Shown: positions 8,948 through 14,266 of the stretch, in pieces
Layout: each line of letters opens with the position of its first letter
Position numbering within the stretch: the first letter of the stretch is position 1
Source of the DNA: Candidatus Eiseniibacteriota bacterium
GTDB taxonomy: Bacteria; Eisenbacteria; RBG-16-71-46
Reading direction: 5' to 3'
DNA: 14,266 bases
NCBI GenBank assembly: GCA_031364845.1
Contig: JANLWX010000221.1
Location: 1 to 14,266, forward strand
Notes under the pieces: generated by a model
The model's database searches: none
What the model was told of the DNA's origin: nothing
The model's input: the letters and a program-made list of their open reading frames with translations, nothing else
Made by a program: the position numbers and the translations under genes

Positions 8948-8960
8948 GCGTGCGACTGTA
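8948..8960 (-). promoter_or_regulatory. Possible -10 element of a leaderless promoter for the porX-like gene
   Basis: TACAGT (8960-8955) lies exactly 7 nt upstream of the ATG, and there is no Shine-Dalgarno sequence. Confidence 0.4.
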
Positions 8961-9044
8961 GCCTACGCGGCGGCGCCGGGCGAACGCGCAGGAGCGCGGC
9001 CCAGGGACCGCGGATCTCGCGCAAGAACACGATGCGCGCGACGG

Positions 9045-10298
9045 TTATGCTTCCTTCGCCACCGGCAGGCGGATCGCCATGGTCGTGCCCTGGCCGGGCG
9101 AGCTGCGGCGCACGAACAGCTTGCCGCGGTGATAGTCCTCGACCACCCGCCGCGCGAGCGCCAGCCCCAGGCCCCAGCCGCGGCGCCGCGTCGTGTAGCC
9201 GGGAACGAACGCGTTGCGCTGCTCGGCCGGCGTCATCCCGCGCCCGCTGTCGGTGACGTCGATCTCGACCATTTCCCCGTCGTGCGTCACCGTGATGTCG
9301 ATCGTGCCCGCCTTCTGATCGAGTGCGGTGACCGCGTTCGAAATCAGGTTCTCGAGCGCCCACTCGATCAGCTCGGGATTGAGTAGCACGTGCGGAACGG
9401 CGTCGTAGCGTTCGCCGACCGTGATGCCGAGCACCCCGCGCGGCAACCGGCGGCGCATGTACGACACCACGTCGCGCACCACCGGTGTGACGTCCTGCGG
9501 CGTGAGGCTCGGCGCCGAACCGACGCGGCTGAAGCGTTGGGCGACTTTATTGAGACGATCGATGTCGCGATCCATTTCGCGCACCGTCTCTTCGAGTTCG
9601 GCCTCCGGCACCGCACCCGCCTCCTGCGCGCGTGCGCGCAGGATCTCGACCCAACCCATCAGCGACGACAGCGGGGTTCCGAGCTGATGCGCGGTCTCCT
9701 TCGCCATGCCCACCCAGATCGTGCGCTGCTCGGCGGCGCGCATGCTCGCGAGACCTGCGAGACCGAGTCCGAGCAGCAGCACCACACCCGCGACCGACAC
9801 GAGCGGAACCCAGCGCAGGTCGCGCAGCACGCGCGGCTCGCCGTAGTGCACCGCGCCGACCTTCGCTCCCGAGCCGTGGAGCATCACGATCGGCTCGTTG
9901 CGGCGGTCGAACTCCGCGACCTGCGAGCGAACCTTCTCGATCCGCTCGCGGATCACGGGCGCGATCGTCTGGCCCGCGACCAGACTGTCGATCGACTCGA
10001 ACGGCACGAGATCCGTGTCGACGCCCACCAGATACCACGCCCGCGGGGTGCCGAGCGTGTCGGTGATCACGATCGGAAAGTCGACGTTCTCGATGACGTC
10101 GCTCAGGATCCGCTGCAGCTCGGAGTTGCGGGTCGCGGGAATCGACGCCTGCGCCAGGAAATCCGCGAGCACGCGCGAGGTCGAGGTGACCTGGTGCGAG
10201 AGCCGGTTGATCATCTGCTGGGTGAACAGGAACACGAGTGCGGTGAGCAGCACGCTGCCCGAAACCAGGAGTGTCCGGTGGAGCTGGCGCAGGTTCAT
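9045..10298 (-). CDS. Membrane sensor histidine kinase, PorY-like
   Basis: Two hydrophobic segments flank a periplasmic domain. H-box IWVGMAKETAHQLGTPLSSLMGW, N-box WALENLISNA, G1 DVTDSGRGM, F-box AFVPGYTT, G2 GWGLGLALARRVVEDYHRG. Assignment to PorY rests on my recollection of that family's H-box and size, not on an alignment. Confidence 0.92.
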   Translation of the reverse strand: MNLRQLHRTLLVSGSVLLTALVFLFTQQMINRLSHQVTSTSRVLADFLAQASIPATRNSELQRILSDVIENVDFPIVITDTLGTPRAWYLVGVDTDLVPFESIDSLVAGQTIAPVIRERIEKVRSQVAEFDRRNEPIVMLHGSGAKVGAVHYGEPRVLRDLRWVPLVSVAGVVLLLGLGLAGLASMRAAEQRTIWVGMAKETAHQLGTPLSSLMGWVEILRARAQEAGAVPEAELEETVREMDRDIDRLNKVAQRFSRVGSAPSLTPQDVTPVVRDVVSYMRRRLPRGVLGITVGERYDAVPHVLLNPELIEWALENLISNAVTALDQKAGTIDITVTHDGEMVEIDVTDSGRGMTPAEQRNAFVPGYTTRRRGWGLGLALARRVVEDYHRGKLFVRRSSPGQGTTMAIRLPVAKEA

Positions 10299-10333
10299 GG
10301 CCGCGCATCATCGCACGGCGGGAGCCGGTGCGA

Positions 10334-11614
10334 CTACTGTGCCGGACCGATCTGCTCGAGGCCGCCGAGGTAGGGCCGCAGCGCCTTCGGGATGCGCACG
10401 CTGCCGTCGGCCTGCTGATGATTCTCGAGCAGTGCCGCGAACGTGCGCGGGAGCGCCACGCCCGATGCGTTCAACGTGTGCGGGAACTCGGCCTTCGCCC
10501 CCGGCTCGCGGCGGAAGCGCATCGCCATGCGGCGCGACTGGAAGTCCTCGAAGTTCGAGCACGACGAGCACTCGAGCCAGGTGCCCAGCCCCGGCGCCCA
10601 CACTTCGAAGTCGTAGCACTTGCTCGCGGCGAAGCTCATGTCGCCGCTGCACAGCAGCACGACGCGGTACGGCAGTTCGAGCGCTTCGAAGATGTCGGCG
10701 ACGTCACGTGCGAGCTTCTCGTGTTCCTCGTAGCTCGTCTCGGGCGCAACGATCTTCACGCACTCGACCTTGTCGAATTGATGCACGCGCACCATGCCGC
10801 GCGTGTCGCGGCCCGCGGCTCCCGCCTCGCGGCGGTACGAGGCGCAGTACGCGGTGATATACGCGGGGATCGTGCCGGGCTCGAGGATCTCGTCGCGGTA
10901 GATGTTCGTGACGGGCACCTCGGCAGTCGGGTTCAGGAACAGATCGTCCTCGCCGACGTGATACATGTCGCCTTCGAGTTTCGGAAGCTGGCCGGTGCCG
11001 AACAGCACCGCGCGCCGCACGACGTGCGGGGTCGAGACTTCGCGATAGCCATGCTTCATCGTGTGGAAGTCGAGCATGAAGCTGATCAGCGCGCGCTCGA
11101 GCCGTGCTCCGATTCCGGTGAACAGCAGAAAACCCGAGCCCGCGATCTTGCTCGCGCGCTCGAAGTCGAGCATCCCGAGTGCGGTCGCGATCTCCCAGTG
11201 CGGCTTCGGCGCGAAGTCGAACTTGGGCTTTTCGCCCCACGTGCGCACGGTCTGATTCTGCGCGGCATCACGGCCCGGCGGCACCGAGGCGTGCGGCAAC
11301 TGCGGGATCCACGCCGCAAGCTGCTCGCTCTCTTCCTCGAGCTGCTTCAGTTCGGCGTCCAGCTCCTTGATGCGATCCCCGACCTCGCGCATCGCCGTGA
11401 TGTCGGCGTCGGCGTTCTCGCCGCGCTTCTTCTTGGACGCGATGTCCTCGCTCGCACTGTTGCGGCGCGCCTTCAGCTGCTCGGTCTCGTGCAGCACCGT
11501 CAACCGGCGCTCCTCGATCTGATAGAAGCGCGCGAGATCCATGTGCGTGCCCTTGAGGGCGACGCCGGCTTCGACTTTGTCGCGATGGGTGCGGAGGAAC
11601 TTGAGATCGTGCAT
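10334..11614 (-). CDS. serS: Serine--tRNA ligase
   Basis: N-terminal coiled coil (MHDLKFLR...), GTGQLPK, LNPTAEVP, YRREAGAAGRDTRGMVRVHQFDKVE, ECSSCSNFEDFQSRR, HTLNASGVALPRT. Confidence 0.98.
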   Translation of the reverse strand: MHDLKFLRTHRDKVEAGVALKGTHMDLARFYQIEERRLTVLHETEQLKARRNSASEDIASKKKRGENADADITAMREVGDRIKELDAELKQLEEESEQLAAWIPQLPHASVPPGRDAAQNQTVRTWGEKPKFDFAPKPHWEIATALGMLDFERASKIAGSGFLLFTGIGARLERALISFMLDFHTMKHGYREVSTPHVVRRAVLFGTGQLPKLEGDMYHVGEDDLFLNPTAEVPVTNIYRDEILEPGTIPAYITAYCASYRREAGAAGRDTRGMVRVHQFDKVECVKIVAPETSYEEHEKLARDVADIFEALELPYRVVLLCSGDMSFAASKCYDFEVWAPGLGTWLECSSCSNFEDFQSRRMAMRFRREPGAKAEFPHTLNASGVALPRTFAALLENHQQADGSVRIPKALRPYLGGLEQIGPAQ

Positions 11615-11635
11615 GCGAGGGGACCGGCCGGAGGT

Positions 11636-11690
11636 TGCGAGCCGCGTGGCGGCTCAGGTGGAACGTGCCTGCGAAAGCCGACGGCTCAGG
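11636..11690. repeat. Two tandem imperfect palindromic repeats between the TPR gene and serS
   Basis: TGCGAGCCGCGTGGCGGCTCAGG (11636-11658, 7-bp stem GAGCCGC/GCGGCTC) and TGCGAAAGCCGACGGCTCAGG (11670-11690, AGCCG/CGGCT) share both ends. Confidence 0.4.
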
Positions 11691-12168
11691 GAATCGTTTC
11701 GGCGGGAGCACCGCCGCCGGTGCCGCGAGTGCCCGGAAAATCGAGAACCGCTTTCGTGCGCGCGAGCTCGCGTGAGCGCTGATACGCCGTGCGCGCCTCT
11801 TCGTCACGCCCGAGCTTGCTGAGCGCCATGCCCATGCCGAAGTAGGCCGCGGGATCATCCTTCTTCACCACCGCGGCCGCCGCATAACGGCGCGCCGCGA
11901 GGCGATAGTCGCCGGTGCGGTAGGCTTCGTTGCCCGCATCGATCAACTGCTGCGATCGCAACTGCTGTGCGGCTTCGTCCTACGCGGAGACCGCCTTGCG
12001 TCCACAGCCCGCGGCCATGCCGAGCATCACGACGAAAGCCAGCACGCCCGCGACCCGCGCCACACCGCGCGCGGCCCGAACCAGGACGCGCGGACGACAG
12101 GCCTCGGCGCCAGCGTCGATCGTCGTCGCCGGATCGAGAAGCAACCGGCGACCCCGCTCGGTGATCAC
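11686..12168 (-). pseudogene. TPR-repeat lipoprotein gene interrupted by an in-frame TAG at 11982-11980
   Basis: Track ORFs 11980..12447 and 11686..11961 are in the same frame. Joined reading: ...VARVAGVLAFVVMLGMAAG-C-GRKAVSA*DEAAQQLRSQQLIDAGNEAYRTGDYRLAARRYAAAAVVKKDDPAAYFGMGMALSKLGRDEEARTAYQRSREL, i.e. lipobox plus a TPR pair. Start is either GTG 12168 (GTGA overlap with the rpsP stop) or GTG 12063 (puts Cys at residue 20). Confidence 0.7.
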
Positions 12169-12620
12169 GCCTTCTTCGCGGCCTTCTTCTTCGCAGCGCG
12201 GAACGGCACGCCGGCCTTCTTCGCCGCCGCCTTGCGCGTGTTCTTCTCGATCTTGCGCGCCGACAGCTTGCGCGGCACCGCGCGCTTGGCGGCCTTCTTC
12301 TTGGCGCCCTTCTTCGTGGCCTTGGCACCCTCGGCGGACGCCTCGGCCTTCGCCTTCTTCGGCTTGGACGCGCGCTGCATGGTCACACCCAGCGTGCGCA
12401 GCAGCGATGCCGCCTGCTCCGAGGGCTGAGCGCCGCGCTCGATCCACATCTGGACGCGTTCCTTCTTCACGACCAACTCATACGGCTGCGCGAGCGGGTT
12501 GTAGTGGCCCAGGATCTCGAGAAAACGTCCGTCGCGCTGGCGGCGCGAATCGGCGGCGACCATCCGGTAGAACGGCCGCTTCTTCGCGCCGGCCCGCATG
12601 AGGCGGATGACAACTGGCAT
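12165..12620 (-). CDS. rpsP: 30S ribosomal protein S16 with long basic C-terminal extension
   Basis: MPVVIRLMRAGAKKRPFYRMVAADSRRQRDGRFLEILGHYNP...WIERGAQPSE. Strong SD AGGAGGT at 12635-12629. Follows ffh as in the conserved ffh-rpsP pair. Confidence 0.98.
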   Translation of the reverse strand: MPVVIRLMRAGAKKRPFYRMVAADSRRQRDGRFLEILGHYNPLAQPYELVVKKERVQMWIERGAQPSEQAASLLRTLGVTMQRASKPKKAKAEASAEGAKATKKGAKKKAAKRAVPRKLSARKIEKNTRKAAAKKAGVPFRAAKKKAAKKA

Positions 12621-12686
12621 GAACGACTACCTCCTGTTTCGAGTGATGACGACCGCGCATCGAGCGCAGATCGGAATGATGCCGCG

Positions 12687-14015
12687 TTATCGCATGCGCC
12701 CGCGCAGCGCGGCCAGCCCGCGCGGACCCTTTTTCATCTGCTTCATCAGCGTCTTCGTCGATTCGAATTCCCGAAGCATCCGGTTCACTTCGGGCACCGT
12801 GGTGCCCGATCCCAGCGCGATCCGCCGCCGCCGGCTGCCGTCGATCACCTTCGGCAACCGCCGCTCGCGCGGCGTCATGCTGGTGAGGATCGCTTCGTAG
12901 TACTTCAACTTGTTCATGTCCGGCTTCGCCTGATCGATCATCTGCTGCGAGACACCGGGCAGCATTTTCAGAATACCTTCCATCGGACCCATCTTCTTCA
13001 CCTGGCGGAGCTGTTCCAGGAAGTCGTCGAGCGTGAAGTCCGACTTCTTCATGCGCTCGGCCATCTTCACCGCGTCCTGCTCGGTGACCGTCTTCTGCGC
13101 CTGCTCCACCAGCCCGATCACGTCGCCCATGCCGAGAATCCGGCCGGTCAGACGCCCCGGGTGAAACACTTCGAGTCCATCGAGCTTCTCACCGACGCCG
13201 AGGAACATGATCGGCTTGCCGGTGACGTGCCGCAACGAGAGCGCGGCACCCCCGCGCGCATCGCCGTCCATCTTCGTCAAGACGAGCCCGTCCACGCCGA
13301 TCTGCTCGTTGAACGCCTGCCCGACCCGTACTGCTTCCTGTCCCGTCATGCCGTCCATCACCAGCATGACCTGATGCGGCTTCAATGCGCCGCGCACGCC
13401 GCGCAACTCCGACATCAATGCTTCGTCGATGTGCAACCGGCCCGCAGTGTCGAGGATCAGGAAGTCGAATCCCCGCCGCTTCGCCTGATCGAGCGCACCC
13501 TCGGCGATCGCCGCCGGCGACGTGCCGTCCGCCGCGCGCCAGAACCCGACGCCTGCGCGCTCGGCCAGCGTTTCCAGCTGTTCGATCGCTGCCGGCCGGT
13601 AGATGTCGGCACTCGCGAGCAGCACCCGCTTGTTCTTCTGTGACAGCCACATGGCGAGCTTGCCCGCGAACGTCGTCTTGCCCGAGCCCTGCAGGCCCGC
13701 GAGCAGCACGACGGTCGGCACATGCGGCGAGCCGGCGAGCGTCACCGAAGAACGCCCGAGCAGACTCTCGAGTTCCTCGTGGACGATCCCGACCACCTGC
13801 TGGCCGGGCGTCAGGCTCTTGAGCACGTCCTCGCCCACCGCCCGGGCCTCGACCTTGGCGATGAACTCCTTCGCGACGCCGACGTTGACGTCGGCTTCGA
13901 GCAAGGCCCGGCGCACGTCACGCAGACTCTCGCGGATGTTGTCCGCCGAGAGCCGGCCCTGCCCGGTGAGATTTCGAACGATGCCCTGGAGTCTGTCGGA
14001 GAGTGCTTCGAACAC
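12687..14015 (-). CDS. ffh: Signal recognition particle protein Ffh
   Basis: GTG 14015 (MFEALSDRLQG) with purine-rich GGGAAGAAGG upstream. ALLEADVN, GLQGSGKTT, DIYRPAAIEQL, DTAGRLHID, TKMDGDARGGAALS and M-domain SMTPRER...GSRRRRIALGSG. Confidence 0.98.
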   Translation of the reverse strand: MFEALSDRLQGIVRNLTGQGRLSADNIRESLRDVRRALLEADVNVGVAKEFIAKVEARAVGEDVLKSLTPGQQVVGIVHEELESLLGRSSVTLAGSPHVPTVVLLAGLQGSGKTTFAGKLAMWLSQKNKRVLLASADIYRPAAIEQLETLAERAGVGFWRAADGTSPAAIAEGALDQAKRRGFDFLILDTAGRLHIDEALMSELRGVRGALKPHQVMLVMDGMTGQEAVRVGQAFNEQIGVDGLVLTKMDGDARGGAALSLRHVTGKPIMFLGVGEKLDGLEVFHPGRLTGRILGMGDVIGLVEQAQKTVTEQDAVKMAERMKKSDFTLDDFLEQLRQVKKMGPMEGILKMLPGVSQQMIDQAKPDMNKLKYYEAILTSMTPRERRLPKVIDGSRRRRIALGSGTTVPEVNRMLREFESTKTLMKQMKKGPRGLAALRGRMR

Positions 14016-14046
14016 GGAACCTTCTTCCCGCCAAAATGAAGCGGGC

Positions 14047-14055
14047 ACGTTAACA
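14047..14055 (-). promoter_or_regulatory. Putative extended -10 promoter (TGtTAACGT) for ffh
   Basis: Minus strand TG-T-TAACGT, 31 nt upstream of the ffh GTG in an AT-richer intergenic stretch. No good -35. Confidence 0.45.
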
Positions 14056-14094
14056 CATGGTGAGTTCGAAAGATAGGTGGGGGAAAGACGAAAA

Positions 14095-14266
14095 TGTGGA
14101 TGCCAGATGATTCTGTCCTCCCTTAAATTGCAACGTGATTATGTCCCCCCAAGGGACATATCACGATGAGCGACAAGGAAGCGCAGCGGCCGGGCATCGT
14201 CCGGGCCGCACTGAACGGAAAGGTTACGAATGCTGAAGGTGCTCTGGCGCTGGGGGTCAGCGTGCG
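14095..14266 (+). mobile_element. Left end of an IS1202/ISNCY-type insertion sequence (truncated by the window edge)
   Basis: Begins TGT (14095). Two 18-bp subterminal direct repeats 28 bp apart: TGCCAGATGATTCTGTCC (14101-14118) and TGCAACGTGATTATGTCC (14129-14146), 14/18 identical. An inverted partial copy follows, then a transposase start. GC content is lower than in the flanking genes. Confidence 0.72.
14166..14266 (+). CDS. Transposase N-terminus (HTH), IS1202/ISNCY (IS481-related) type, partial
   Basis: MSDKEAQRPGIVRAALNGKVTNAEGALALGVSV(R) fits the MSxxExxRxxxxxxxxxGxxTxxEAAxxLGxSxRQ start typical of these transposases. Only 33 complete codons are visible. Confidence 0.75.
   Translation, partial: MSDKEAQRPGIVRAALNGKVTNAEGALALGVSV

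Noticed and set aside
10295..10336. Genome-wide TAG reassignment: the serS TAG, if read through, would end at a TGA overlapping the kinase ATG
   Set aside because: SerS already ends at its normal C-terminus (LRPYLGGLEQI), and no other gene here contains an internal TAG. One interrupted gene does not support recoding.
3445..13643. Other long + strand ORFs (3445..4776, 4664..5557, 5604..6782, 9390..10373, 10271..11782, 12504..13643) and Arg/Ala-rich alternative-frame minus ORFs
   Set aside because: These are shadows of well-supported minus-strand genes, expected in high-GC DNA where stops are rare.
14048..14075. dif/Xer-like site (CGTTAACACAT resembling a XerD arm) near the IS end
   Set aside because: The XerC-side arm does not match and the site is about 20 bp from the IS end rather than abutting it. 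It is better explained as the ffh extended -10.
1..14266. tRNA, rRNA, SRP RNA, T-box leader for serS, CRISPR array, intrinsic terminators
   Set aside because: Intergenic gaps are about 100 bp or less. I saw no cloverleaf, T-box motif, regularly spaced repeat array or hairpin with a U-tract.

Overview
High-GC (roughly 68%, estimated by eye) chromosomal segment from a diderm bacterium. The PorX/PorY-like proteins and Bacteroidota-type LptD suggest an FCB-group lineage outside Bacteroidota, such as Ca. Eisenbacteria or relatives; this is inference only. Almost everything is one minus-strand gene string: ffh - rpsP (long Lys/Ala tail) - TPR lipoprotein gene broken by an in-frame TAG - serS - PorY-like sensor kinase - PorX-like REC-PglZ response regulator - tsaE - tsaB::rimI fusion - accD - folC - a very large OstA/LptA-repeat::LptD protein. 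That last gene runs off the left edge and is missing from the ORF track. At the right edge, about 80 bp upstream of ffh, the left end and transposase start of an IS1202/ISNCY-type element begin on the + strand. Main points of interest: the adjacent porY-porX-tsaE-tsaB unit, the apparent LptA-LptD bridge fusion, the amber-interrupted lipoprotein and the histone-H1-like S16 tail. The long + strand ORFs are antisense shadows.
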